A DNA stretch of 63,836 nt, filler included, from Choristocarpus tenellus KU-1152 (Eukaryota > Protista > Phaeophyceae), in assembly GCA_964200185.2 (NCBI GenBank). It is 8 parts of 8 records of this genome, joined end to end, with 100 filler letters (N's around TTAATTAATTAA, not from the genome) between each part and the next. Parts side by side here need not be neighbours in the genome. Positions count along the whole stretch, not along the records: positions 1 to 21,933 come from CAXNAD020000316.1; positions 22,034 to 24,955 come from CAXNAD020023634.1; positions 25,056 to 28,059 come from CAXNAD020023003.1; 5 more parts are not named here. The stretch is one strand, 5' to 3'. This document shows, piece after piece, positions 13,501 to 25,949 of this stretch. The notes beneath the pieces were generated by a model, which was given only the letters and a program-made list of their open reading frames with translations, did not search any database and was not told the DNA's origin. The translations under genes were made by a program, and so were the position numbers. Each line of letters starts with the position of its first letter. Position 1 is the first letter of the stretch.

Positions 13501-16500
13501 CAGCTATCAATATAAGCAGTTCTGCGTACACTGTCAACTTATTTTTTTTGCATGGTCATACCGTGGTGTGCACTAACCAAATTTATATTTTAAATGCTGC
13601 TGACAAGAGCATGAGGTGGTAGAATCTTGAAAAACGGTACACATTGGGGATGTGTTGGGTGAAGGCGTTCTATGGAGGTGAGGTCCCTGATGTCGCTTCT
13701 GCAGGCTTGGTATATGTGCAATGGTACCCCCATATGAGAGGTTGTGAGGAAATATTTCGATTCTTTAGGTATCAGATATTGAAGGTAGCCTTCTTCAGTG
13801 GTTCTCTTGGACTTCTCCAACAGACCAATGAAGGGTGTTGCTGCAAAAAAATGTGGTAAATGCCAAATTTCCGTCAACCGAACATAGGACTAGCATCTCA
13901 GTGGAGGGGTAAGACTCTAGGGCTTTTGCTACTAACAATGCAATGACTTCTTCATGTACCACTAGAGATTTTATGGATAATATACTGCATCACCCCACCA
14001 AAGCGCACCCTCCCCGAAAGGAGGCAGTAGCAGAGTCGAAGCCTTACTTCCTTGGGAGATGTGGAGTGACACTCGTTGGAGGATGTAGGTGTTGAGGCTA
14101 CTGTCCAATGTTAAAACAGCAAAAATCTGGGACCACCTAACCCTAACCCTAAAAAAAATACAATACAATAGAAATCAAGTATGTTTACGGTGAAAACCAA
14201 AACCTTGCTGCACAATATATGTGCAACAGGTGGGTTTCAGCAGTATGTGGAAAAATTATATGAAGTATTGTTTGCAACAGCATATATTTTCACCAAAAAT
14301 ATGTTTATTTGTTCATTTTGAGAGTAAAGCCTATATATAAGGTGCAAAACCAAAAGCCTAAAGTACCAAATCAGAAAATGAACATAATAATGGTCTACAA
14401 CTACAATTTCCCAAAGAATGTGTTGTTCCCTTGGGTTGTCCACGCAGAATGCATAGCATACATGTACCGAGGGATTATGCACAGGGTGCAATTCCACTGG
14501 CATTGTGAGGACGAATTCTACCTTAATTAGCATTGTTGCTTCCAACAATGACTTATTCTTAATTAGTTTGTGACTGTACGCAGGCATGCAGGCATTTTAA
14601 CAGTCAACCTAAATACTTAAAGTGCATTAGGTCTCCGAAGACATGGTGTAAACTTTGTCACTACCTTTATTCTCAAGGGAGAAGTTTTTGTTCAGGCACA
14701 TGCTGCTCAACTTTTATGTAGGACTCTAGTCCACATAGTATGCCTGTCTTGTGACTGGGGATGTACGAATAACCCACTCCGATACCATTTTGATGACATA
14801 CGATGCAAAATAGAGTGCTTTGGTGTGACAGTACTTCCTCCTAACTTCCGGAAGACATACTATAGGTGGAGGAGGAGCAAGCTATTTTTTTTCCAAATGT
14901 GACAACACCTTAGTAAAATAACAAGGTGAATCCCATGATGACTGCTCTGTGATTCTTGGGTGGTACTGACCTGCACCAGTGCATCAGAAGGGAAGTTCTC
15001 CATGGCCCTCACAGTCACTGCAATCCCCCCTGCCGCTGCCACTTCGGTCCGCTCCTTATCACCTTCCATTGCACAAGAATACATGTGTGTGTTGAACTGA
15101 AGCCTCTTTTGGTATAGTGCAATGCCGCTAAATGTCTTGTGTCAATATATGTTTTGTTCCACAACTTTCTGGTGACTGTCTATGGTTGAGGTGAACCGTG
15201 AGGTTGACCTTACAAGGCTGTAGGTAACGTTATTATGAAGAAACCGACAACACCCTCAGAAAATGTTGGGTAACTGATTATTCAGTTACAACTCAGTGAT
15301 CTTTTGATCCGTTTAGGCACACCGCAGACCCATCGCAGGAATGCAGAAGCCACACCCTCGAGAGTCAATGTATCTTAGAGGGTAGAGCCACTTCCACTTT
15401 GGAACCAAAATCCAATGTTGCAATTTTGATGAAATTCTGGCTGTCTTGTTTGTTACGAGATGTCAATATCCTTGTTCCGGACACACCTTTTCATAACGTA
15501 TACATTTTACCTACTCCGAAACATTTTGGAGTAGGTAGAGAGCCAAATTATCTTAGAGGGTAGGGCCGCGTCCATTTGGGGACCAAAATCCAATGTTACG
15601 ATTTTGATGTTATTTTGGCTGTCTTGTTTGTTAGGAAGTGTTGATATCCTTGTTCCAGACACACCTTTTCATAACGGATACATTTTGCCTACTCCGAAAC
15701 ATTTTGGAGTAGGAAAATGTCATAAAAAAACCCTATGGAAGCCAAGCCCTGAATGTACAACCAGGGCAAAACTCGTACCCTCTAAGATACTTTCACTCAG
15801 AATTTCATTAAAACCCGTGGGAATCAAGCTCCAAATGGACAAACAGGGAAAAACTCGTACCCTCTAAGATACTTTCACTCTCAACAGAATGAATACCATG
15901 CGTTCCACCCCTGTGTGAGGGTGCAACAACGAACACTCTCAATTCACGGGGTAAAAAAAAGAAAAGATAGTCATATTTCACCACACAGTATTGCTCTGAA
16001 TATGATCTGCACATCCCAGGGCGCACCCTTGTATGCCAGGTCCCTCAGAGCACGAAGACCCCGCCACTGGATGTCCTGCTTCTTAGTGTATTGCCGAAGA
16101 AGCTCTGTCACACCCCCTGGCCCTTTTGCCCATGTGGAGATTCGAAATGGAAGGGCGGGGGGTGGAGGACAACACAGATAAGGCGAGGTAGTCGTTTTGG
16201 GGTCTAAAATTCTGGCATGGGGGCATTGCTATTTCCTCATGATCGATTGAGCCAAATCAAATGAGAGGTAGGCAGGTTTGGACCCTTTTTCATTTTAAGC
16301 CGTCTTTCTCGCCCTGTGCAATGATATCTCAGAATTGATATTCCTCTCTCCACACAAAAAATAACACTACACTTGGAGGAAGCACTCTTTCTGCATTTTG
16401 TGCAGAATTACATCTTTTTTGGATTTTCTCAGGGTCCTTAAAAAGCAACTCTGCCCACCTCTCAGTTGGTTTGACTGATTGTTGGCCAATAATCATTTAG

Positions 16501-19500
16501 CCACATTTTTCTTTCTTGCTTCTTGGTGCAAATATGCATTTTTATGTGTGCACTTGCTCTTGCCCGTCCTCCTCAACGCCGAAATATTTGGTAACTCGTA
16601 ATTCACTTCCATCTTCACATGATATCACACATACGTTAGAGTGCTTGTAGGACTGGTCTACATATGTGTTGTTGCTTGGATTGATTCTTGACACAGCAGA
16701 GTGTTCAATTCATGCCACATCCGGACAACTGATATGGCAAAGGCTGAATGATTTTTTGGGTCCAGAATGACACTATTTATCATCCTCTGACCAGGGACTC
16801 CATATGAAATATAGCTTCTTCAGAATATTTTTCCCACCTGTTGCCGTAGCCTCCTTCAATAGTACGGGCACATCCAGTTCTTCATCGCTCTCTGTGATAT
16901 ATCCATCCACGCCTTCGCTGCATGACCTCATTCATTTTGGATACAATCAGACAGATGAAGAAGTCAGGGGGCTAGCTTCTTGAATAGACCACCAAGTTGA
17001 ATGGCCCACCACGTCCTTCAACAACCACAAGGAGAGGAGAATTCTCCATGTAGTAATGGTGTGCCAGAATTGTCTTCCCTCAAAGGGGCTAATCGATCCT
17101 CTTCTATAGGCAGTGTGAGCTATCTGCTTTCTTCACTGTGAAACGGTCACTACTACATCATACCTTTATGATACTTTTCTTGTTGTGTGCTTGAGTGTTT
17201 GTTGCATTATCTGCTTCGCCCTTGTACAATTTGTAACCTAGTCGAGATCGGCACAAAGTATGCTTTCCTATCTTATCCGTTCAGGCTTTGACAATTGCCA
17301 TCATCATGTCGGAAATCTATTGTAGTGACTTGGTAACTCTCTTTCAATTTTGGAGAATCATTGCGGATGAATCACCTCACCCCTCATGGTATTCGTCGAA
17401 GATTCCGTTCTTGGCGGATCTCTTGTCCTTGTTGAAGAGCCAGGGAGCTTCTGCTCGCATCTTTTTTATCTGCTTTCGCAGGGTGGCTACCTCTCCCTAA
17501 CAGTGTGGTTCAGTTACAAGGTAGGGTTGTTCCAATCGAAATAATCTACATAGGACATAAGTTTGGTCTGCCAGAGATATGCGACAGACAGTGTGCTCGT
17601 GGTGTGCGGTTCCTTACGGTTTCATTTACTTTTTTCTGTTGATTTGTTTTTTCATTTACCTGCACCGTAGTAGGGATGCGATATATATAGAGCTGCCTTT
17701 GCTCCTAATATGTTGCCATTTGAGTTGCCCCCGTTGTCCAAATGTCCCCGATAAATCTTCCTTCTGCAATGCCAACACTCAATCGAGACGTACTATTGGT
17801 CCGTTACCTGAGCTCTTTCCTTGGCCTCTCGCTCCTTCTGCACATGGCGATGCATCACATCCTCGGCTTTTGCAGCTTTGTTGGCACTTTTCTCCATGTC
17901 GGCCCTTAATATGCAGCGCATGAGTGGCGGTCGGTCAGGACTGCTAGAGATTGAATTAGAAGTTGCGTACATCTCATACTTTGGTTGTTCCGGCATGTGT
18001 TGGTGCTACAAGCAATGAGCACCCAGTGGTACATAATGGTTGATACTCAGATTATGGTAATGAGGGCTCCATGATCAAGTTTCTACAATACATGTGTCCA
18101 TGTAGGTATGTGTTTTCGGTATCAGATAGAGATTGTGTTAGGTACAGGACTCTAAGTCAAGCGGAAAAGGGGATGGATTGGGTACGACCAGCATGGGATC
18201 AATATCCTGAACTTAGCAACAAAGACATCACGTAGAGTCCTCTATCCTTTCAATACCAATTTCATGAAAGGGAGTGGGCATCATCATCGCCCCACTCTAT
18301 GCGTACCCTTTTTTTTTCTTTTGGATTAGTACTTCTTTATCATCGTACTCTTTGGATATTGGCATTGCATCGAGCTGGTATGGCCATGGAATTTAAGACT
18401 GTTCATTCAGCCAAGACATACCAACAGTAAGGAAATAAAATAGTATGTTGCATGTTTTAAAATTATGAGCGTATCTTATTTATGATGCTCCTTGCATACT
18501 AGGGAATTCAACAGCATGTCCAATAAGAAAAACTTTATCTCATCTATCGTTGGTCTCCATACAAACACAACAGTTGTTGACCCAACACTGGTCGAGAATA
18601 CTTTCTAGCAGAAATTCATCACCGGTTGTAAACGGTTGTCAGTACAAAATCCGAGATCAGGACATCTGCCAGACCCGCTAGCTATACAAGCAACATGGGA
18701 TTGCCTCTGGTTGGTCCTGAATATTGATTACCCCCTACTCTTGTGGTCTATCTACACTGAGTACAATCCCGTGTAAATGGAACAGCTTCAATTTCTTTTC
18801 AAAAAATGCCGCTGGGATAAACTCTTCCGTGGGTTCTATTCCCCTTACCCCATATGTCTGTTCCGATATTTCCCGCCAACTGTGTATACAGCTTCAATAG
18901 CAACACTAGATGCACTGCACTGGGCTCAGTCAAGGGGGCATAATTAATGTCAAATATTTTAATACAAGTTTAAACATTTCTGACAAGCAGCCGGCATGAA
19001 TATCACAAATGAAGTCCAAAACCAAGTCTAAGAAAAGCAATAATAAATCTAACCCCGTTGATTATGGCCCTAGACACAAAACTGTGCCTACACAGTAGAT
19101 AGAAAGCAGAAGACTTCACAGGATAATCATGAATCAAACTATTCTTGGTCAAAGAGCTCGTTTTCTTTTTTCCATAGACATGCCATTGCCACATTATTTT
19201 GAATCCTTCACCCTATTCCCAGATGCTGCCTGGTTCCTCTTGTCCCCAGCAATAATTTAACACAGCTCACTCAAACCCTAACTTGCCAGCACTGATTTGT
19301 CAAAATATTCCTCCCTACACAACACAGCAACATCTGCAGAGCTATGGAGCTCTACCAGCTTCTAACAATCCGAACTCGATTATCATTTGCAATGGACCCT
19401 TGAAGGCTACGAAATCTTGTCCTAGAGTATTCTCCTCTCTGACGTGAGGCACAGGGCTTAGGCTAAGGGTTAGGGTCACTTACTGCTGGTTCGCGACACT

Positions 19501-21542
19501 CTCCCATTCGAGTGTGATGTACTGCTTCTCTGTCTCGTAGCTGCATCTCATGTAATCCAAGAAAGCACAATTTGACGATCGGTTGTAATCCGAGTAGATG
19601 CCACCTCGGATTAAAACAATCTACTCAACTCCAAGCTCTTTGGCCCTCTGATAGTTCCAACTTCAAGGGATACTTTCATCCTCCCTCTCATATTGGCTGA
19701 TGTGCTACTTGCATTGAACCCATAGAAAGGTTTGAACACATCCTCCACACATGCATTCCACCAGACTGCCCCAAAATCAAATGATCCTTTGCTCGCAGTA
19801 TCTCTTTTTGTTCCAATTTGTCCCCTTCTTTTGTACATGGACGTTGGGTCTCCTCAATTAACATTTCAGGCATCCATATAACATCAAAGGTGCAACAGAG
19901 CCATCTGGAAGGGCTTAAGGACACCTTACAGGCATCCAATACAATAGGGGCGGTTTTTCCCCGGTAGATACTTTTTAGCTGCAAATGAATACATTTAATG
20001 TGTAAGAATGGGTGTACGATTTGGTAGGCAACCAATTCGAACGCCATAGAGCTTCCTGTGAAGATAGGTATTGACCAGTCACGATTTATTAGACACCAGT
20101 TGAGATATTGAGATGCTCCTATACCGCTACAGGTGCTATAGCCTTGCTTTTGACTAGTGCCAAGGAGGATTTGTTGGTATCTCTCACTATCTCGACATTT
20201 CCATTTCTCTTGTAGAGGGTTTTCCTTTTGTTCATTTCCCCTCTCAGTACGATGGATCCAATGCACACCTGGCAACCTCTGTGGCTTCTTGTTGTTCTTG
20301 TCGCCTCTTGCACAGGGCTATTGCCTCGTCTCGCTCTTTTTCCACCTTTCTGACCTTTACAAAACAACAGGCCCAGCAACAGCTATATTGGTATCTTGTC
20401 AGTCAAATAAAGTGGATGGTGTCGCACTTAGAAATTGAGATTTTAAGGAGAAAGAAGCTTCCTGCTCTTCTCTTTCTAGTATTGTTTCTCATTCCATTTG
20501 TAGCTCATTGAAGAGTGTCTACCTGTACAATGGGATTACAATATAAGGAGAAAAGGGTTTGCAGGGTAGTTTCTGCATTCCAGGGAGTGTTGGGACCATA
20601 TTTAAATCCCTCCTCTATGATTCATGCCACAGTAGCCAGGATACAGCACTATACAAGATATTTACCAAGATTTACACAGTATTCACACCTTGGCCTTGAG
20701 GTTTGCGATTTCTTCAACTCGCTCCTCCACCTCCTTTACTGCCAATTCAGCATTCCCTATGGCTTGGAGGCGGTCCGCCTTGGAATTGAGCATGGAAGAG
20801 AGTACGAAAGTGGAGAGAACAAGAGCATTAATGCTATCCCTTCCCATGACCCTGATGATGACACACAGCATTTCCCAACATTGGTTTTGATTGAATTCTT
20901 TTTTCACAGTTCATGTTCTTAATGGTCTTGGGCATCAATCAATTCCTGAGGCTTGTGTCCATTATTTCTTCCTGCTCAGTCTGATACTTTGTCTCTCCCT
21001 CCCACATATGTAATACAGGTAGCTCCCTACCATTGCATGCTTTTTTTTGTCATTTAGTATGTTGTGCCTGTCGCAAATTGTCATTCCGAGATTGAACAAT
21101 CCCTATCATACTATCAAAACCCTACGAGGATGGGCGTGCAACGTTTCAATTCAATCCATTGATTGTATTCCTGGTCTCCAGATTATGCCCGCCCAATTCT
21201 TTCGAGGCATATGGCTCCTACCATGCCCTCAATCATGCCATGTTGCGATACTGCTTCATATTCAATACTCCTCCATGCTGACAACAGGACAGTAGTAAGT
21301 AGTCAGATCTCATGTACAAGAGCTGGATCGACAATTCATTTTACCTTGACTAATCCTTATCATGTAACACCTCGGGGACCTCAAAACGTATTCTCCTCTA
21401 TCTGTCTGGAGTGTTGTTTTACCTCAATATCTCGGATATGCTGATGGATCTGTTCTGACTCTGGGAGGTAATTGTACTTGGATAAGAGTGATTCTGTCCT
21501 CTCCAGCTGAGCTCGCAGGACTTTTATATCCTCATCTTTCAC
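7535..21542 (-). CDS. Coiled-coil plus Armadillo-repeat protein, 5'-truncated at the contig end; 14 exons
   Basis: Exons 21542-21423, 20778-20689, 20354-20269, 19540-19484, 17904-17808, 17496-17381, 16917-16838, 16116-16027, 15062-14971, 13070-13011, 12588-12412, 9644-9505, 8987-8879, 7645-7535. All GT-AG and phase-consistent. ARM repeats such as GGVAAILSAMRTFPKDVEVQGQACTAITN and GGVGAILAAMINCSRDTSVQHFGCWALANIA. Confidence 0.9.
8000..8230. mobile_element. MITE family D (TIR GAGCCAAAYCAAWTGAGAG)
   Basis: GAGCCAAACCAATTGAGAGATAGGC ... GCCTACCTCTCAATTGATTTGGCTC; TSD CCT; homologous to 16249-16477. Confidence 0.85.
8430..8699. mobile_element. MITE family C (TIR GACCCATAG(C/T)ATC(T/C)TAGAGG)
   Basis: Inverted ends, TSD TGA; reverse complement homologous to ~31210-31475 (shared TTTCCTTCATCTGAACGCACCTT). 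Confidence 0.85.
10240..10389. mobile_element. MITE family B-type copy
   Basis: Ends CCCCAGATACTTTGACCC; internal GTGTCGGATTTGAAATGTCAGCAAAAA shared with 46087-46193. Confidence 0.75.
11391..11462 (-). tRNA. tRNA-Thr (anticodon AGT), intronic in the ARM gene
   Basis: GCTCCTATAGCTCAGTGGTAGAGCGTCAGCTTAGTAAGCTGCAGGTCCTGAGTTCGACTCTCAGTGGGAGCT folds as a cloverleaf with anticodon loop TTAGTAA; followed by an oligo-T Pol III terminator. Confidence 0.93.
12671..12849. mobile_element. MITE family B, full copy (TIR GGSTCAAAGTAT..GGGG)
   Basis: GGCTCAAAGTATCTGGGG ... CCCCACATACTTTGACCC; TSD TCA; homologous to 35333-35489. Confidence 0.85.
15362..15880 (+). mobile_element. MITE family A outer copy containing a nested family A copy (15540-15798)
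   Basis: Two left TIRs followed by two right TIRs; outer flanks TCGA/TCAA; inner copy 259 bp with TSD AGA. Confidence 0.9.
16249..16477. mobile_element. MITE family D copy
   Basis: GAGCCAAATCAAATGAGAGGTAGGCAG ... CTGCCCACCTCTCAGTTGGTTTGACTG; TSD ATT. Confidence 0.8.
19600..20240 (-). mobile_element. Degenerate fragment, possibly a Crypton-like tyrosine-recombinase transposon
   Basis: Intronic 195-aa ORF shares GKTAPI and a downstream Q(N)SG...MG block with 30540-30690; family assignment from weak motif resemblance only. Confidence 0.3.
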
Positions 21543-21933
21543 CTAGACGTTTGTAGGACGATGTTGAGGTCAGGTGTGGAGTTGAGCAGGTGTATTGGCA
21601 GAATAAAAAGCAGGAAGGAGAGGACCATCAAACTTCGAAGAGCTGGTTAGTCGTAATTATTTCATTATATTTTATTTTTTTCATGTTAGTCCGAGGGGTC
21701 CCAAACCCTTGGCCAAAAGGTGGTCAGAAGAAAGCAGTGCACAATGCTCAAGAATATGTAAAACAGAAGTAACACACACAAATATACAAAAATGAAGAAA
21801 ATGGAAGATAAAATATACTACTAGTATATTCATGTCGCTACAGAGGTAACGAAGCGAGCCAAGCGTAACCCTAACCCTAACCCATTACTTGGGACAGGAA
21901 GTCACTAATGACCCAAAGTATCTGGGAGGGGGG

Positions 21934-22033
21934 NNNNNNNNNNNNNNNNNNNNNNNNNNNNNNNNNNNNNNNNNNNNTTAATTAATTAANNNNNNNNNNN
22001 NNNNNNNNNNNNNNNNNNNNNNNNNNNNNNNNN
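21934..22033. other. Artificial contig linker (also 24956-25055, 28060-28159, 35233-35332, 39066-39165, 45987-46086, 60810-60909)
   Basis: Identical 44N-TTAATTAATTAA-44N spacer with stop codons in all six frames. Confidence 0.98.
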
Positions 22034-22089
22034 CATTGTATTTTGACCCCCAAATGGACGCGGCTCTACCCTCTAAGACACTTTGGATC

Positions 22090-23505
22090 ATGTACGCTAA
22101 AAGCATTGTTTTATGGCTGGGATGGGCACTTTAGAAGTACGAAAGACATCAACACCACTGGACCCCGGCATGGACCTCTCTGCTAAACAAGATCATGAGG
22201 AGGAGCTAGATCCCATCATATACCCCTATGCCAGTATTCTTGGGAAACTTATGTTCTTAGCAGGCATGACTCGACCCGATCTGGCTAACAGTATACGTGA
22301 ACTGGGGCGTAGAGCAGAGCCAAAGTATCTTAGAGGGTAGAGCCGCGTCCATGTGAGGGGCTAAATCCAATGTTGCGATTTTGATGTAATTTTGACTACT
22401 GTGTTTGTTAGGAAGTGTCAATATCTATGTTTCAGACAAACCTTTTAATAAAGTATACACTTTCCCTACTCTGACACATTTTGGAGTAGGAAAATGCCAT
22501 TAAGAAACTCATGGGAAGCCAAGCCTCAAATGGACAAATAGGGAAAAACTCGTACCCTCTAAGATACTTTCACTCAGCAGCATCTCCATGCATGCGACAC
22601 TGGCGCGGACTACAGCACGTTCTGCGCTACGTAGCAGGGACATTAGATGTCTGCATTCATTATGATCGATCGGATAAAGATATGAACGAGAGGGACGAAG
22701 AACTCCTGGTGGGTTATGGAGATTCTGACTGGGGCACAGACTCCCAAACACGCAGAAGTATCACAGGCTACTTGTATTGTTCAACAAGTCGCCGATTGCC
22801 TGGCGCTCCAAACTTCAAGGCGAAATCACTCTCTCCAGCTCGGAGGCAGAATGGACAGCAATGGCATATGGCATGCGCCACTGCATTTTTATTAGAGGCA
22901 TTCTGGGGGAGATAGGCACACTACAGGACCAGAATCCCTGGTTCTGCGACAACCGTGGTGTTATTCAGGCGGGAAGCATCACAGGTTTCAATGGCAGGAC
23001 TAAACACGTAGATATGAAGTTGAAGTGTACCAGAGAGTATGTAGATCAAGGCAATTTTCATATCGAGTATATTCCAACACGCAAGCAAGTGGCAGACGTG
23101 TTAACCAAGTCTTCACGCAAGAGTTTTATTTCTGATTTTGTGCATTCAGTACTTTCACGTCGAGAGTGAGCTTTAGTCAGCAACTTTGCTGCACGCTCAT
23201 GGGAGAGTGTGCAATATAGGCTAGGCAGTCTATAGCCATTTATATATTTGGTGAACAGTGGAATATAACGAAAGTATTGACTGAGTGGAGTAAGGGCCAA
23301 GGAACTCGGTTGGTTTGCTTCGAGTCGCAGGTTCGAGTCTCGATGGATTGGTATCTTTTCTTGTTTGATACAAGCGGCTGACGTGGTGACACTGGAACAG
23401 ACACATTTTGACCTGTCTGATGACGTGCGCAATAGATCATAATATAAGGAAGAGCACCTCACCACCAAGGGCTGTGCTCATTCCGTTAATAAATAAATCC
23501 ATACA
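22090..23505 (+). mobile_element. 3' part of a Ty1/Copia LTR retrotransposon (RT end, RNase H, PPT, 3' LTR ~23208-23505)
   Basis: YASILGKLMFLAGMTRPDLA, GYGDSDWG, LSSSEAEW, CDN, RTKHVD, QVADVLTK; purine tract GGGAGAG then TG...CA with AATAAA; one frameshift and a MITE insertion. Confidence 0.92.
22317..22575 (+). mobile_element. MITE family A inserted in the Copia RT
   Basis: 259 bp, TSD AGCA; removing it restores in-frame RELGRRAASPCMRHWRGL. Confidence 0.95.
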
Positions 23506-23599
23506 ACTTAAAGCAAAGACTCTATTGGAAGAGTTCTCTTTTGCATAGTGTGCATTCGTCAAAAGTAGTTTGCTGTGGTCGATTCCATCTAGGTGAGAT

Positions 23600-24480
23600 G
23601 TCCTTGTGGTCTTTCTTTGATCACTTTACTGAAGTGTCATCTTTTTTTTAACTTGTTTTTTGTGTATGGCCAATCATTTCAACTAACGGTTCTATTGCTG
23701 TTGCTAGGTGATGGATATATTTTCTAACAATGTCCATAGAACCTAAAAAAGATTGCAAGCCTTTCACTGTTTGAGGGGGATAAATATCCAAGATAGCTTC
23801 AATTCGAGGTTGGGATACAGCGATTCCTTGTGGACTAACAAAATGTCCCAAATGATGGATTTGTTTTGAGCTAAATTGAGCCTTGGATGTCTTTAACGTA
23901 ACCCCTACATCTTGTAACATTGACAAAACTGTAGTGATCAACTGTTTATGGTGTGTCCACGATGGAGAAGCCAAAACAATATCGTCTAAACATACAAACA
24001 ACCCTGAGCTAGGACCGACACTGGAAACGGTTTCAAACATAAAGCGTTGGAAAATCCATGGTGCATTTTGTAGTCCAAATGGTACCCTCTGAAACTCATA
24101 TTTCCCATCTGGTGTGATAAAGGCGGTTTTTTGTCGTTCGCATTCCTCAGTTATCGGTAGTTGCCAATAGGCTGATTGGATATCTAAACAAGAAAAATAT
24201 TTTGAACCCCCCAAAGTAGATAAACACTCGTCCATGGATGGTAAAGGCCATGAATTACACGTATCAAATGTTTATTTATGGTTCTCTAAAATCCTCACAG
24301 AATTGAGGTGATCCATCAGGTTTTGCAATAATGGTAACAGAGGATGCCCATGGGCTAGATAAAGGTTTTATAATGCCCTGTTTTTCCATATTAGTGATAC
24401 AATTGCCGAATAGTGTCGCGTATTTTCGGTGCCGCGCGATACTGTGGTCTACTAACCGGTTTAGTGCCTGGTGTAGTTGA
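23600..24480 (-). mobile_element. Ty3/Gypsy reverse-transcriptase fragment
   Basis: SPWASS, PLPSMDECLSTLGGSKYFSCLDIQSAYWQ, KTAFITPDGKYEFQRVPFGLQNAP, CLDD (mutated YLDD), LQSFLG. Confidence 0.92.
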
Positions 24481-25448
24481 AACTCAACAGAAATATTAGT
24501 GCAACAACCTAAGTAAATAGTTCACCTTGCCTTTTGGATGGTGGTATCAAGTACGGGATGGTATTCCATATATGTTATTTTTTTCCTATTTTTCTGTCAA
24601 TGACTGTTGTACCATTGCAGCTCAAATGGGTGAGTGACAAGGGTTGTGAGTTGCATACGCCGGGTCATGACCTTGGACAAATTGGTTGCACCTTAGATTG
24701 TCGTTGGTCTTAGCATCATGTTGCACACACGTCGGAGGGTAATAGCTGTGTGAGATAGACGGCCTTTGTATGTTGTATGCATGTATAGGGTTGTTGGTGG
24801 TGGAGGAAGAGAAGACATAACCATTGCGGTGCAATGATTGTGGAAATGTGATTTCGCAATAGGCAGGGCTATAGGACACACACACGAAGGATTGAATTAC
24901 TAAGTATGAGTGGGCCAAAGTATCTTAGAGGGTAGAGCCGCGTCCATTTGGGGGCNNNNNNNNNNNNNNNNNNNNNNNNNNNNNNNNNNNNNNNNNNNNT
25001 TAATTAATTAANNNNNNNNNNNNNNNNNNNNNNNNNNNNNNNNNNNNNNNNNNNNCCAAATGGACGAGGCCCTACCCTCTAAGATACTTTGGTTCATATA
25101 GCACCAGGTACCCATTCAGTTACATTAATTCGTTTGATCGTGTTATAAGTGACTCCTTCTTGATCGTCTAGCATGGAGAGGTTGAGGGAGAGGTCAGTGA
25201 GAAATCCCATACACACCCAGTCCTTAGTAGTGGGTTTTGCACCATCACGCGGAAAAGGTGTCCGACAGTTTCTTTACAGAACACCTCCACACGATCATTT
25301 GTCAGATTCGGCAATGAGAAGAAGCTGGACATTGCCCACAAACCATGGGCTTGCTGTCCCCTTGCCGAGATAAGCAAGGTATATACAGGTGTGGTCTACA
25401 GATGACAAGGAAGAAAACAGAAGAAACTTGAAGGAGAATGAAGGACCA

Positions 25449-25706
25449 GAGTGAAAGTATCTTAGAGGGTACGAATTTTGCCCTGTTTGTCCGTTTGGGG
25501 CTTGACTTCCCACAGGTTATTTATGGCATTTTCCTACTCCAAAAAGTTTCGAAGTAGGTAAAATGTAAATGTTATGAGAAGTTGTGTTTGGAGCAAAGAT
25601 ATTGACACTTCCGAACAAACACAGTAGTCAAAACTACATCACAATCGCATCATTGGATTTTGGACCCCAAACGGACGCGTTTCTACCCTCTAAGATACTT
25701 TGACTC
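25449..25706 (-). mobile_element. MITE family A, full copy
   Basis: 258 bp, TIRs intact, perfect TSD ACCA. Confidence 0.95.
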
Positions 25707-25949
25707 ACCATCTCGCCCCTCATACACAATCTATGCCTTGACATATCAGAACCAGCGTCACTTGGAATTTAAGAACAATGGTCATGAATGGGAAGAATAG
25801 AGTGGGCCATGTTGCAGTATGTATGTAGCAGACTTAGCCTTGTGGACGTGATGCGATTAGATCCAAGACACAAGGTGGAATTTCTATCCTTGAACTATCT
25901 GAGCCCAAATTCAAGGTGTTCCTTGACTGGGGGGGGGAGTTAACAACAG

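Noticed and set aside
15362-15880. Repeat-spacer-like pattern suggestive of a CRISPR array
   Set aside because: Explained by nested MITEs with TIRs and TSDs; no regular spacing and no cas genes.
17659-17763. Candidate extra exon in the ARM gene
   Set aside because: Flanking exons join directly in phase 0; including it breaks the frame.
21934-22033. Recurring TTAATTAATTAA palindrome within N runs
   Set aside because: Artificial six-frame-stop linker used to concatenate contigs; not biological.
24912-25095. Apparent inverted repeat spanning a gap
   Set aside because: Two left ends of family A MITEs from different contigs, juxtaposed by the linker.
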